Source of the DNA: Eledone cirrhosa
Lineage: Eukaryota
Direction of reading: 5' to 3'
Assembly: GCA_964016885.1 (NCBI GenBank)
Contig: OZ024742.1
Location: 140,244,001-140,308,000, forward strand
DNA length: 64,000 bases
The notes beneath the pieces were generated by a model. It was given only the letters and a program-made list of their open reading frames with translations, was not told the origin of the DNA and ran no database searches. Each line of letters opens with the position of its first letter. The stretch's first letter is position 1. The position numbers and the translations under genes were made by a program. Positions 27,152-41,192 of this stretch are shown here, piece after piece.

Positions 27152-27400
27152 CCCTTCTGATACCAGACTGCATGAAACTGGACTTGGGTTTATGATACAT
27201 GGTGTTTGTTTCAATGTGTTCATATTTAAATTGAAACCGTTCATCATAATTTTATGTAAAATCCTTAAGTTATGTTCCAAACACCAATTTGATAATGAGA
27301 AAGTTAGTTATATTAAATCATAACTAATTCTTGATTATTTTCAAAATTTAATTCAAAATCAAAGGCAGTGTCTTTCGTTAGAAATATGGTAATGGAAGGG
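27152..27400. mobile_element. piggyBac-like MITE
   Basis: TTAA|cccttctgatacca ... tggtaatggaaggg|TTAA. Related copies at ~28835-29084, ~31585-31810 and ~41998-42240. Confidence 0.65.
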
Positions 27401-27719
27401 TTAACATATATTAATATGTATATTTACTCTACTTAGTATTGAGTACCACATTTTTATCTGTGTAGGACAAATAAAGTGACTACTACAACTACTATTACAT
27501 ATGTGAAAATTAGTTGAAATTTTGGTAATTGTTTTCCATTCAAAATTTCTCAAGAATTAATATAAGAAAATGAAATGTTTGCAAAGAAAAACATTACATA
27601 TGGCATAACGTATGTATGTTTATGAGTGTATACTGTTTAGATTATACACACTCACAACATATATACATGTGTGTATATATATATGTGTGTATGTATATAT
27701 ATATATATGTGTGTGTGTG

Positions 27720-27773
<54 letters not shown>

Positions 27774-28834
27774 CTGATATAGACAGTTTGTAAATCATTA
27801 ACTTCTCTGTACATACATTATTTTAAAATATTGATTTAGTTTTGAAAAACATTGCTGTAAAAATATCAACCAAAATCTATTTGTAGACAATTTTATGTTT
27901 TGGCAGTATTCAATACTTGTCTTTTTTCAAAATTTCATTTTTTTTTTTTTTCTGCTATGAAATTTTGATGAGTGGTTGGTGTAAATTTTTCAACTTTGTT
28001 GCTTTGGCCAGAAGGGTGGAAGACATCTAAATATAGAGACTTGACCAACTGCTTCTTTTCTGTGCCCATTGCCATCTTGACCTCTGGTGTCCTCTGTCTC
28101 CAGACTGCCATTTTCTTCCACAAAATTGGGATAAGTGCAACCCACCTGAGGAAAGAGCCTTGTGAGGTGGAATGTCTAATGCAGCAGGTGCCACTGGCTG
28201 TTCACCATGGTGAGCAGTTGAGATATACTGGCCAGCCAAGGGTGTAGAGATTGACACCTTTCCTTCCCCCTTTTTCTTTTTTTTCTATTTTTTTTTTGTT
28301 TTAATCCTTTTTTTTTTTTAATACTTACATCATCTGTCTAACCCATGCTAGCATGGAAAATGGACGTTAAACGAAGATGATGATTGTATATTCCTGTTCA
28401 AAAATAAATTAACTTTACCACCATTTTTCAAATTAAGTTTTAATTAGAATAAAACATTTTCATATTTTAAATCTTAATTTTCTGATTATAAAATTTAAAG
28501 GTTGTTTCTTTCCTGCCCATGCACCCACATATACATGCATACATATACACACACATGCATACATATACATACACATGCATACATATACACATATAAACAT
28601 GCGTATTTATGTGTGAGTATGCATGCATGTTTGCAAAAAAAAAAAAATCATTACATATGGCATACATATGAATGTATATATATATATGTGTGTGTATATT
28701 CATTGAATAAGCAGTTAGTGGTACACATACATATTTAATCTCTTTCATTCACACACAATATGCATAATGGGGGGAGAAAAACCCACACTTATTAAAGTTA
28801 TAAATTTGATTTAAATTTTTACTATGGATGCATA

Positions 28835-29084
28835 ACCCTTTCATTACCATATTTCTCATAAAAGATATTGTCTATGATTTTCAAATAATTTTGAAAATAA
28901 TCAAGAAATTGGTGCGATTTAATATTAATCAATTTCTTTATTCAATTTCATTATTAAGTTGCTGTTTGGTACATAACTTAGCAAAGGTTCTTATGAAAAA
29001 TTATGGAAGGTTTTTGGATAAATATAAAAATTTTTTTTATCATAGAACCAAGAGTATTTTCAAGCAGTTTTGGTCTTAAAAGGG
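28835..29084. mobile_element. piggyBac-like MITE, opposite orientation to 27152-27400
   Basis: ccctttcattaccatatttc ... tggtcttaaaaggg|TTAA. Confidence 0.55.
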
Positions 29085-30523
29085 TTAAATGACTTGATTA
29101 TTGGTAGTAGTTGCTAGTTAAAGTTATCTATAATAATTACATAAATTAGATGTTGCTATGAACATATTTTAAAAGTAACACATATAAATATCATGGGGGC
29201 TGTGAATTGGTTAAAATTAAATGTATGTTTAAATATGAAAATAATATGAATTACATTTATATTCTTTCTCTATCTATCCTCTCTCTCGCACGTGCTTTCT
29301 CACTCTTTCTCTCTTTCATACATACAGTGTGCATTTACATAATCATCATAACTAAAATAGGTTGTAAAGATTTTTCAGTCATGTCAAGGGCATGACAACC
29401 TCTCTGTCACTGGTTTCATGATAAAATACACCCAGTACACTCTGTAAAGTGGTTGGTGTTGGGAAGGGCTTTCAGCAATAGAATCCATGTCAGTAAAAGG
29501 GTTGAGATTACTCTAAAATTGTGTCAAAGACATAACCTCCCTAATGCTGGTGCTATGATAAATACACCCAGTATATTCTATAAAGTGGTTGGCATAATTC
29601 ATGCATTGGTATAAGTCATGTATCAATACAATTTAATATGAATATCAGAAGAGCCTATTAGAGGGAGGGAAACATTTACCACATAAGTCTGGGGCTTAAG
29701 GAGTCTAGGAGGGGAACGGGCATGAGTATCATGAAAACTCTTTACAACCTTTTACAACCCATAAAAAAATACCTTTTAGCACTCTTGAATTTTTAAGAAC
29801 ATCTCGCCGACTCTGCCACCACAGAGCACAAGAACAATCTTGTTTCTTCTTGTAAAATTTCTCACAGAAGCCTTGTATAACTCCTAGATTATGAGAAATT
29901 TTCTTGTTTATTCCTTTTTGTCTAGATATGCATATATTTAATCAATAGGAATTTGTGTGTGGGAGGCATAACTAGCCCTTAAACCAGAAAACCTTTTGTA
30001 TATTATATGTATGGCAATTTATTTAGAGATTACGTTGATAAACAGCAAGACACCGATTATATAATTGAAACATCAGTAAAATTTATTTGAAGAACACTGC
30101 CAATAATTTTCATAACATTTTGAAAATAATCAGAATTATTAAGCTGGTGCTTGAAGCATAATTTAAAGATTCTTACATAAAATTATAATTATTATAAAAA
30201 TAAAGTCTTTAAAATAAACTGAGGGGTAGTTTGATGCAGTTTGGTATCAAAAATATTAATCAAAGTTTTGGGAAATTATTTTTGAATGGTGCTTAATGTC
30301 TGCACTAGTGAAAGGAGAAGAGCATGCTTGTGATATTATTGAGTTATATTGATTTATAAACTCGTGTTTCAGTTGAATATTTGTTAATAAACCATCAAAT
30401 ATGACAGTAGTTTATATAAATACTGATGGTCTATAAAAATACAGCGGTATTTTTGTTATATTCACATTGCTTTTAGTTTTCTTTAGCCCCTGAAACTACC
30501 CTTTCTTCTATGTTACAAAACTG

Positions 30524-30948
30524 TTTAGACAGTATGTTAGCTTAAAGTAAGCTGCTTCAACATAATTCTTTTTTATGAAAATAGTGAAACAAATTGGGCA
30601 AATAAGCTCGTGGATGGTATCGCCTGTTGGAGTTGAATTTTAAGCCTTATCTGTCAGCCACTGGATATAGAATCAATTGTATTCAAGAAATGTTGAGCAA
30701 ATTTTGGAATTTAGAAAGTATGTTGGTTTAATGTAAGCCACTGGCCAACAAATAAGGCTTAAAAATGACAGGCCAGTCTCATTTTGGTGTAATGATAGTG
30801 CAGTTACTTGGCATACAGCAGGTGTGTATGCCCAATTTATTCAACTAATTTCATAGTAAAAAAAAAAAAACATGTTGAAGCAGCTTACTTTAAGCCAACA
30901 TACTTTCTAAATTCAAAATTTGCTCAACACTTCATGACTACAATTGAT
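30524..30948. repeat. Composite inverted repeat
   Basis: agtatgttagcttaaagtaagctgcttcaacat (~30531-30563) and caattg...gttgagcaaatttt...tttagaaagtatgttgg (~30674-30726) both pair with 30872-30948. Confidence 0.65.
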
Positions 30949-32854
30949 TTTTTGTTTACAAAGCTATTTTAAAGTGTTTATCTATCTATATACTACTAAA
31001 ACTATATGATTGCTTGCTTGCTGGCTTGCAATGTAATACAGCCAAAAGGGCACATAATGGGAAAATACTTTGAAAGGAAGTTGACCCTGAAATGGGGATT
31101 CAAATGGAATAAAACAAGTTTCGCGTAAATCAGTGCACGAGTTCCTGAAATATGGGGTTTTTCCGACTACTTTCACAAACAGAGAGAAAGAGATAGTGGT
31201 TGTGAGAGAGTAGATTGAAATAGACATACAGAGAGGGAGATGAGACAGAGGAGAATGGAAGAGAGAGCTGGTGGTGTTGTGCATATATATATGTGAGTGT
31301 GTGTGTGTGTATATATATATGTGTGTGGATGTGTGTGTCTATGACCAGTGTATATAGATCACAGACACTCACATATATATGTATACAAGCACACACATTT
31401 ATATATATACATACACACACGTATATGTATATATGGGCTTTTCAATTTCATTTCACATTATATACATGTCAGTATATTTTAATTATTTAAAAATTATTTT
31501 TAAGTGAACATGATTTAAAAAAAATATTTTGAAGTGAATGTGACCCAATGAGTCACGAGTGGTCTAGTATTTATCTGAAAACCTTCCATTTTTGATACCA
31601 AATTGCATGAAACTGCCCCTACTTCTACAATATAAATCTTTTTGTTTTGCAATGTTTATATTTATTTTAAAACCTTCAATTGTAATTTTATGTAACAACC
31701 TTTGATGTGTTCTGAACATCAGCTTAATAATAATAAAGTTAGTCATATAAAATCTCTCCAAATTCTTGATTATTTTCAAAATTAATGCAAAATCATAGGT
31801 AACGTAAAGGTTAACTAATTATAGGACACCATTATAAGTACAAAGCCTGTTATGAGATCCATAAAGCTCACCACTACTTTAACAGGGAAAATAACCTTAA
31901 GACACTAGTTGTTGTGCTCATAGCATTTTTACAAATTTAAGAAGTATCTGGTCATAAAATAGTGCCACAGAAAGGACTTCATGATAAGTATGAAACCTGT
32001 CACTGAAACTTGCAAGGCTAACCATTGTTTTGGCAGGAAAATGGCCTTAAAATGCATGTTCTTGTAATCATTGTTGTTGTCATTACATTTTTACAAATTT
32101 AAGAAAAAGTATCCCTGTGTGTTGTAAGAGGCAACAAAAATAATTAATGCCAGGAAGGACACCTGGATGTATAACCTTGCCTCAAGAAAGGCCCCATGTC
32201 ATGGGGCTCACAAGGCTAACTCCTGCTTTAGCCAAGAAAATTACCTTAAAAGGCTAGTTGTATTATTGTTGTATATATGTTTGATTAGGTAGAAAGAAAA
32301 AAAACAACTTGCTACGTCATGATGTAAATATAAATCTTTATTATTTAATATATGAAGTTGTTAATTTATTTCTCATACTTATTTTTATTTAGACTTAGAT
32401 AAGATTTAGCTAAGAACTGTTTTATTATATTTTTATCAGTAGAAGTTAATTATTTCAGGAGTAGAAAATAACTTTATTATGTAAAACATTTCTTCCATAT
32501 TACCTAGCAGCCTAATGGCATCATTACTTAATCTATGTTGAATTCATTTAATCAATAAAGACAGACAGAAACTACATTTTTATCATAATCATTGTTGTTT
32601 ATTTATTGAAGAAATTGTTTGCTTTTAATGTCTTTTCCCCCAATATTCCTTGCTTTTTAATGAAATATAATAGAACAGACGTTGCCTATATTATCTCTTT
32701 CTCTTTTTGGTTATGGATGAAAATATATTTAGTAAGAGACTGATTAAAAAAAATTATATATATATATTTTGTAATATGTATGTATGTGTGTATATGTGTG
32801 TGCGCATGTGTATGTATATGTGTATAGATATATTTGTATATATGTGAGTATAAT

Positions 32855-33255
32855 GCATCCAGTACATGCTGTAAAGTGGTTGTTGATAGGAAGGGCATCC
32901 AGCCATAGAAATCTTGCCAAACAAAGGGTTGAGAGAACCCTTTAGTTGTGTCAAGGACATGACAGCCCCCTTTAGTGCTGGTGATCTATACAATAAAAGC
33001 ACCCAGTACACAGTGTGAAAGGGTTGGTGTTAGGAAGAGCATCCAGCCATAGAAAGCTTGCTAAACAAGGTGTTGGGAAAACTCTTCAGTTTGTGTCAAA
33101 AGACATGACAAATTCTCTGCACTTGATATGACAGTGTGTAAATGAGATACAGACCCCTCAGTATTTCTGCTTCAGTATTAACTTGGTCTATGTAGACCCA
33201 TCCAACTCTTTCTAGCAGCAAATGCAGACGTTAAGTGTTGATGATGATGATAATG
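32855..33255 (+). mobile_element. SINE/RTE tail-derived element with internal tandem units
   Basis: Two taggaagggcatccagccatagaa units and a (gat)n end. An opposite-strand family member lies at 36645-37125. Confidence 0.65.
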
Positions 33256-33439
33256 ATATATAATGAAAGCAGTGGGAAAAAATTGAAATGTGTGTGTCCC
33301 AATGCAAATGACTATAATAATTGTTAACTATAAATAATAGTTGAGAAAATTGGGCAAAGCATCCTTGGAATTGGAAAAACTGAATACAGCCACATCTATT
33401 CACCTTTTTCCCTGTTTCAACTGGTATTTTACCCAATTT

Positions 33440-33720
33440 TCACAACTATTATTAAACGGACTCTGCTGGGTTCGCACTACATTCTATCAAGAAAAGGTTG
33501 TAGAGATTCACCTCTATGTTCTTGTGGTGACTCTCCAGAAACTCTTTGGCACTATTTGTTCCAATGTAGAAACTATCAGTCTGAGAGAGAGGCCATATTG
33601 AGACCAATCTTTAAAAAACTACCAAGATTGGAAGTTCAATATATGATTACAGGTCTACCAAATATAAACAAATCTTTGAGTACATGGAAGCTATAAAAAG
33701 ATTCAACAACAGAAACTTCT
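33440..33720 (+). mobile_element. LINE ORF2 C-terminal zinc-finger fragment
   Basis: DSPLCSCGDSPETLWHYLFQCRNYQSERE...IFEYMEAIKRF, a CxC...ET..H....C motif of LINE 3' ends. Confidence 0.7.
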
Positions 33721-34347
33721 AGCTGTTTTACAGCTTCCCTTGTTTCTTATTTTCCTTTTCTTTTTCGTTTTATGCATAATCTGCTTCCCATTGGCCTTCA
33801 ATATTTGAAAATTTTAATTTAATTTTATTTTTCTCTCTCTTTTTTAATTGTATTAATGCCTGAAGAAAGGTCACTTTTTTGATGCTACATGTTTTCTGGA
33901 GGTATGGTCAAATTTGGAACTGGAAACCTTGAGTAGAGTTTTTGTTCCATGTATGAACATAAATAATATTATATATATATATATATATATATAATGACAG
34001 CTAAATGCAAACTTTTTTTTTTTTGTATATTTGCCAGTTTTAGAATATATATAAAGTTTTAGGTAATATAAATAAATAAATATATATATATTTCTCAGAC
34101 ATAAAATAGGGTGTCGGCTTATATTTGGTACTTTTCTTACTATATGTAGTCTCGGAAAATAACAAATGAAGTTTAAATTAAAACTTTCTTTTTTAATATA
34201 TATATATTTATAAACATGCATACACACACACGCATAGATTATATATATATATATATTTTTTTTTTTTTAAAGTTGCGACAGTAAACAGAAAACAAAAAAA
34301 TGTGGAAGCGAAGAGGCAGTACAAGAGAGTGTGTGTGTGTGTGGGGG

Positions 34348-34383
<36 letters not shown>

Positions 34384-34554
34384 GTTATGTAAAAGGTAAA
34401 CAGAAATAACAACACAATCAGTACAGTATATGGAAGGGATATATTAGGTTAACGCTTGATATAGCAGGAAGAGGGTTTTAGTGTGTATATGCATGTTTAT
34501 AAATACATATATTAAAAAAGAAAGTTTTTCCAAAACTACATATAGCAAGAAAAG

Positions 34555-35008
34555 TACCGTGTATACTTGAATATAAGTCAATCCGAATATAAGCCAACCC
34601 CCTGTTTTATGTCTGAGAAATAGGCTTACAATTCAGACTCCATTTATAAGCTGAGGCAAGTAATCAACACATTATGTTTAGATGGTGTGGTTTTGAAATT
34701 CTCATGAGTGGAGAATATATTTATAAAGTTATGAATTTTTGATATTTCATGTTTTAAGTGTTGTTTAGAGTATATTCATTCAAAACATCAAAAACAGTTG
34801 GAAATATGAATTTCACATGGAAAGTGAAACCAGTGTAATATTCACCTCCAAGGCAAAAATATTTTAGCATCTCACTTATGAATGTGGGTGAAAATCAGCA
34901 AAATATTGACCTCAAATACAAGCTGACTCCAACATTTGACCATCAAATTTTTTTTTTCACCCCTTTTTTGTCACATATTTCTTGGCTTATATACAAATAT
35001 ACATGGTA
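34555..35008. mobile_element. pogo/Tigger-like MITE
   Basis: Terminal taccgtgtatacttgaatataagtcaa matches the reverse complement of the other end, taccatgtatatttgtatataagccaa. TA at both ends. Confidence 0.7.
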
Positions 35009-35129
35009 GGTTGTGTGCATATGATTATTTTCACTACAACCAGTGGCTTAAAAAAATATTGGAAATCATTTTCTTTTTTCAATACGCCTACTCCATTCTC
35101 CCACTCCCACCAACACCACCCTTTCTCTG

Positions 35130-35415
35130 TAAAGTTACCACAACATCCAATCCAAACTAATGAGGTCATGTAGGTGTCACGACAAAAAAACACAGTCCAC
35201 GCTGTAATGTGGTCGTGTAGGTAACATGGTAAAAAGCTCCCAGTCCACACTGTAAATGTAGTTGGTGTTAGGAAGGGCATCCAGCCATAGAAAACCAGCC
35301 AGATAGTCCTATACAAGCGAGATACGGTCACCCGACCAATCTTGCCTCAAGTTGGACAATTCCCATCTAACCCATGCTAGCGTGGAAGATAGATGTTAAA
35401 CAATGATGATGATGA
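35130..35415 (+). mobile_element. SINE/RTE 3' tail
   Basis: ggtgttaggaagggcatccagccatagaaa...acccatgctagcgtggaag...gatgatgat. Confidence 0.7.
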
Positions 35416-35504
35416 TTTATGTAATCTAGTGTTTCAAGTTATATAAATTTTATTCATGGAGTAGTTGTAATGATTTTTTCTATTTTGCCAAGCACTGATT
35501 TTAC

Positions 35505-35890
35505 ATCATCATCATCATGCTTTTTATGTCTATTTTCCATGCTTCCATGGGCTGGGTGTGTCTTTTTCAGAAAAGCTTTCCTCCAACTACTGTATTCCTT
35601 CATATCTCTGATGTTCAGCATTTTGAGATGAGTTCTCACCACTTCTGCGCATGTCTTCTTTGATCTTTTTTTCTAATGTAGCTTCCTTTTACCAGGAACT
35701 CCTGGTATTTCTTAACCCAATAATTATCATCCATATGTATCATGTCTGAATGTGTATACTACATGCGATTCTTCTTATACATGGTTTTTCTGTTAGCCCA
35801 TTCATGTTTCGCCAGTCAAACATATTAACATCATACATACATGAAAGTATGCTTGTTTCAACTCTCTCTAGCCACTGCATATCTTCTGAT
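35505..35890 (-). mobile_element. RTE-clade 3' fragment
   Basis: Minus strand reads MVRTHLKMLN...WRKAFLKKTHP followed by a catggaaaatagac...gatgatgat tail. Confidence 0.55.
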
Positions 35891-36339
35891 ATTATGTAGT
35901 AGCTTTATAGATAATTAATTCATCTTGAATTCAGCACAAGGTTATGGTAGAAGATGCCCAAGGGACTGTAGCCTAAGTTGTTTGGTTGCAAAGCAAACTC
36001 CTTAATCACATATTTATCCTCACAGCCAATGTCTATCGACATAGCTATGCCTGTGTCTATCCAAACAGCCATGCCTATTACTATGTCTCCTCTACAACTT
36101 ATTAGCATTTTGTGAATTAGTGTCATGTTTCTCAAGTAAACATTCTATCCCAAGAGATAATGTAAATACATCAATTCAAAGAAGAAAATAAGAATGTACT
36201 ATAAAGAATTCCCTGAAATAATAGAAAGTCTATCAAGAGAATTCTTAACTAACTCCTATATCTGGCAATCAATAGAAAGATGACTATAATCTCTCTCTCC
36301 CTTCCTTCTCTCTCCCTTCCCTCTCTCTTTCTATATGTG

Positions 36340-36625
36340 TGTTGAACAATGAAAACAAAAGGTGAAGTTTAGTGCTTAATCAGTTCATTGTTTTACGATC
36401 ATTTCAGAAGGTTGATTGATCATGATAAATCAATATAGTAACTAATAGATAGTAATGTAACTACATATTATTAGTCTCAATACTATAGATCCACTTCACC
36501 GAACAATGAATTAATTAAGCACAAAACTCTCATCACCTGATCTCATTGGAATTATTACCTCTGGACTATATGGAATTCTAACAATGTTATTTGCCCTATC
36601 CTAGACAGGTTGATACCAGTATATA
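36340..36625. mobile_element. Rearranged (inverted) copy of the 4630-4990 pLTR-like element
   Basis: 36340-36495 matches 4795-4950 directly; 36500-36625 is the reverse complement of 4633-4730. The CUGAUGA half of the HHR is missing. Confidence 0.7.
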
Positions 36626-36644
36626 TAGATGTGTGTATATATAT

Positions 36645-37125
36645 ATATCATCATCATTGTTTTAATGTCTGCTTTCTTTGCTAGCAAGAGTTGGATGGGT
36701 CCATGTAGACCAAGTCAGTACTGAAGTGGAGCCTCTGATCTCACAGACAGGCCAGGGACCTGAGCACTTAAGTACGGTCTTATGTTCCATCGAATGCTCA
36801 GGAGAGGTTGTCATGCTTTGACACAACTGCGGGTCCTCCTAACACTTTGTTTGGCAAGATTTCTATGGCTGGATGCTCTTTCTATCACCAACCACTTTAT
36901 GGCATATGCTGGGTGTGTTTATTGTGTAAATCACCAACACTAGGGAGGTTGTCATGCCCTTGACACGACAGGAGGGTCTTCCTGATCCTTTGTCTGGCAA
37001 GTTTTCTATGGCTGGATGCCCTTCCTAACACCAGCATTAGGGTGGTTGTTAGGTCTTTGACACAACTGAAGAGTGCCCCTGATGCTTTGTTTGGCATATT
37101 TTCTACAGCGGGATGCCCTTCCTAT
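36645..37125 (-). mobile_element. SINE/RTE tail-derived element with three internal tandem units
   Basis: ctttgt(t/c)tggca...tttcta...ggatgc(c/t)ctt(c/t)cta occurs three times. Confidence 0.65.
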
Positions 37126-37964
37126 GAATATATGTATATCTATTTATTATGTTGATAATAGATCTGCTGTTAGTTTTGATGATGAGCATTCTGTTGTTCA
37201 TTCAACTTAGCATCCAAGTCAAATTGAAGTTTAAGTGGTTGAGTATTCCATAGATGACATGTGTACCCATAACATAATTCCTAATCTGAATCAGTGATAC
37301 AATATGTAACAAGGCTGTACCTTTGAATTACAGGTATAAAACATCCAATGGGCTACCACACAGTTTCCAACTACACAATTTCATTCACAAGGTTAAGGTC
37401 GACCTGTGGCAATGTTAAAAGACATTACGCATTGGAATCCAACAGCTTAAGTATGGAGTAAACTATTTATTAAAATAGATATAGCCATTGTTCTTTCTTT
37501 GTTTTTTGGTAAATAAAAAAATGAGTTATAGCCTGCTCAATGTTACTTGGACAACTCCATTGTTGCCCTAATTATAACAGTTTAAGGAATGAATAAAAGT
37601 CCTTTAATGAGAGCATAGCTGAATAGTTAAAAAGTTCACTTCATATTTATAAGGTTTCATGTTTGCTCCCACTGCAACCCTGACAGTGTGAGGGAATTTG
37701 AGTAGATGGAAACTGCAAGCCCATCAGATGGACTGTACTTGTAGTTCAAATGGCCAACCTTGTCATACACTATCATGCTGAATTTCCCTGAGAATTTCAT
37801 TAGAGGTGCACATGTTTTTGAAATACTTAACCACTTATACACTAATGTAACAAGTATGACATTCCATTGACCAAACAGCTAGAATGCTAGATATCACAGC
37901 TGATGGAAGTTCATTTATTTTCAAAAGAATTCAGTATAAATGAAGACTCACTCATATTCTTTTT

Positions 37965-38290
37965 CTTCACCCACTTAATCCTGGAAGGTCATAGGAGGCA
38001 GTCCTCGAGCACTCCTTTTGGTGAATCCTGTCAAAAACAAATATTTCCATTTGATCCAGTTGAATCCCTAAGCAATACCAGCTGAGCTCATGGATGCTAT
38101 CCAACTATCTTGCTCGGGGTCTACTCCTGGGTCTCCTGTTGGCTAGTTTTGCCCATAAAATCTGTCCAGCAATTCTTTTCTGAGACATTCTAACCACATG
38201 TCCAAAATAAGGAATCCTGATCTCTGAGCTATGCACTCTATCAAGTAATGTTATTCCAAAGACTCTTCGAAGAAACTCCATTTAGGCCAC
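37965..38290 (-). mobile_element. LINE (RTE-like) 3' fragment
   Basis: Minus strand reads YFGHVVRMSQKRIAGQILWAK...RRPRSRPRAR. Confidence 0.6.
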
Positions 38291-39211
38291 TTATATTTGC
38301 GATCATAACTAAAATTATAATTTTGCGACTTCTTTATAGTGGTCAGGTATGGCCCATATTAATATAGTCATACAAGTGTAGCCATTCCTATGTCTGCATG
38401 GCTATACTGGTCATGCAGACATAGGCATGGCTGAGTCGTTAAGAAGTTTACTTCACAATCATAAGGTATCAGGTTTGAGCCTTTACTATAAGTTCTGGGC
38501 ATGTGTCTTTACCATAGCTTCAGTTTGACCCAAGCCATATGAGTGAAAATGGGTAGACAGAAACTGTGAAAAAGCCCATTTGATGGATTGTACTTGTAAT
38601 TCAAAGGGACGGCCTTATCACATATTGTATCATCTAGTTCATCATAGGGTCAATTCTTCCCCTCTTCAGCTTCTGCTACATGTTTTTAGTTAAGTTAACT
38701 GTAGCAATGTGAAATAAAATTTTTGCTCAAGAACACAATGTGCTGCACAGTCCAGGAATCGAGCCCAAAACAATATGATTGTAAGCCTGCACTAAGCTGC
38801 ACATAGTAATCAACTATAAAAATATACCATACATTTGTGCGTGTATGTTTGTGTGTGTATGAGAACAAACAGTATTTTGTATACATACAAAGCATATATA
38901 TCTAGGAAGAATACATAATTCAGATAGGAAAAGTTTTTATTCTTGCTGGCCCTTTCATGATTCAAATAGAACCATATCTAAGCAATTGATCATTGATCAC
39001 CAGCTATCGATTTTGGTTAAGTTATGGGAAATGCGAATCAATCATCAGAGGAATTATGTCAACTATATAAAGTAAACAAATATCATACATAATTGATATG
39101 TTATGATAACTTAAATTTGTATATATATATATATATATATATATGATAAGGGACTGCCCTGTATTTTGTATGTTTTTCCATTTGCCCACCTTTTTTGGAA
39201 TTGTACATATA

Positions 39212-39872
39212 TTTAATATAAAGAATGATGTGCTCGTGTGCGAAGGTGCTATAAAATAGGGTGAAGACCCTTAAAAAATGGAAAAAGAAGTTGCTATTGG
39301 CTGCTATGAGGAATTGAACCCCATATCTCCCAGATACTGGCTAAGTGCTTTTAACCATTAAGCCAAGGGAGCGTAGCAACTCCTGTTGTCTTAAATTAGA
39401 TAGCTGAATCACAGCTTTCAGATGTCAACATACACAGTATGTAAAAGAAACATTGTGTATACGTAGCTGATCTCTTGGACTCTTAAAGCGCTGACAGGAT
39501 AAAGTTATTATGAAGAATGATGTGCTATTTTATAGCATCTCTGCACATGAGCACATTATTCTTCATGTTAACTTTATCTTAGCGTTTTAAGAGATCGGCT
39601 ATGTATACACAATGTTTCTTTTACATAGTGTGCCTGAAAGCTGTTATTCAGCTATCTAATTTAAGACAATAAGAGTTGTTGCGGTCCCTTGGCTTAATGG
39701 TTAAAAGCACTTATGTGGTATCTGGGAGTCGATGGCAACTTCTTTTTCCATCTTTTAAGTGTGTTCACCCTATTTTATAGCATCTTTGAGCATGAGCACA
39801 TCATTCTTTATATTAACTTTATCTTCTCAGCGCTTTAAGACTCTGAGAGATCAGCTATGTACATACAATGTT
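39212..39872. repeat. ~600-bp quasi-palindrome of a tRNA-derived tandem unit
   Basis: 39212-39525 is the reverse complement of ~39527-39815. Each arm has a tRNA-like head (A-box tggcttaatgg at 39690-39700; B-box ggttcaattcc on the minus strand at 39310-39320) and is more than one unit long. Confidence 0.8.
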
Positions 39873-40299
39873 ATTTTGTATATATATATACAAATACATA
39901 TATCCATATCTATCTGTAACTCTTGAAAATTTACACACACAAACATGCAATACATTTCCTATTTCAGAAGTTTACCTAATCATAATGTCCTAGATGCTAA
40001 CTCTACATTTGTTCCTGCAAATTGTTATTTATCCAAAGTTACGCATACATTTAATCCTGTATGTCATTGTACATATATGCTGAATATTCATGTAATTATA
40101 TCCTAGAAATAAACTATTCAAATATCATTCTTATCTTTAATCACTCCGTGACTGTAATCAACATAAACTACAGAAATATTCTTATTAAGCCATTAATTTA
40201 TCAAAATACTAATCTCGCAGTTTTTATGATTGTTCATATATCCAGTAACCCTGGTATATACTATTCATAGAATCTATAAATTAAATACGTTCAATGCTC

Positions 40300-40505
40300 T
40301 TGGTTTGAGAGTCATTAAAGCATCAGATAAATGTTTCGCAGTATTTGTTCTGGCTCTTCACGTTCTGAGTTCAAATCTATCCAAGGTCACCTTTGCCCTT
40401 CATCCTTCTGAGATCAATAAAATAAAGTACAGGTCAAGTACTGGGGCAGATAGAATCGACCTTCTTGTCCCCCCAAAATTGTTGGCCTTGTGCCAAAATT
40501 AAAAT
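40300..40505 (+). mobile_element. Octopus-type SINE
   Basis: cgttctgagttcaaatc...ctttgcccttcatcc...aataaaataaagtac...ggccttgtgccaaaat. Confidence 0.7.
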
Positions 40506-41067
40506 CCATTATTGACGACACTAGTTCACTCATACTACTACATTTAGCTACAATTGAGAGTCTGTTGGTAGTTCATAGTTGCTATATTACTAGACATTAG
40601 ACAAGGTGTCCTGAGCCATTGATGCTATTTTTGGTTAATAAATCAAACAAGACAGTATTGATTTCTTCTTTTCCAACAATCAATAGGTTTTTATCCATTT
40701 TGCAATATACACACATACATGTGCACATAAACACATGTTCAAATATGAAACCTTCATTCATACTCGCACAGAAAAACCATGGGTACATTGCCATACGCAT
40801 TAGACACTTGTGTACACACAAACCATTGGCACATAGATAAACACACATACACAAATATGATGCAAGCATATATATACACACATACACAAATATGATGCAA
40901 GCATATATACACACATACACTTAAATCATAGATACATGGACATATACATGTGCATACACATATATATACATGTGTTCATATACACATTCTCATATATGAA
41001 GACCTTCATTCATACACACATACTCATACAAAAATCATAGGTACATGGACACATACACTGACACACA

Positions 41068-41192
<125 letters not shown>

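Noticed and set aside
27935-28257. GC-richer segment with short ORFs, possible host exon
   Set aside because: No recognisable domain or convincing splice pair, and it is flanked by T-runs; more likely a repeat fragment. BLASTX or RNA-seq would settle it.
33860-33945. CTGAAGA...GAAACCTTGAGTA possible hammerhead relic
   Set aside because: Stems I and II do not pair convincingly; at best a decayed pLTR.
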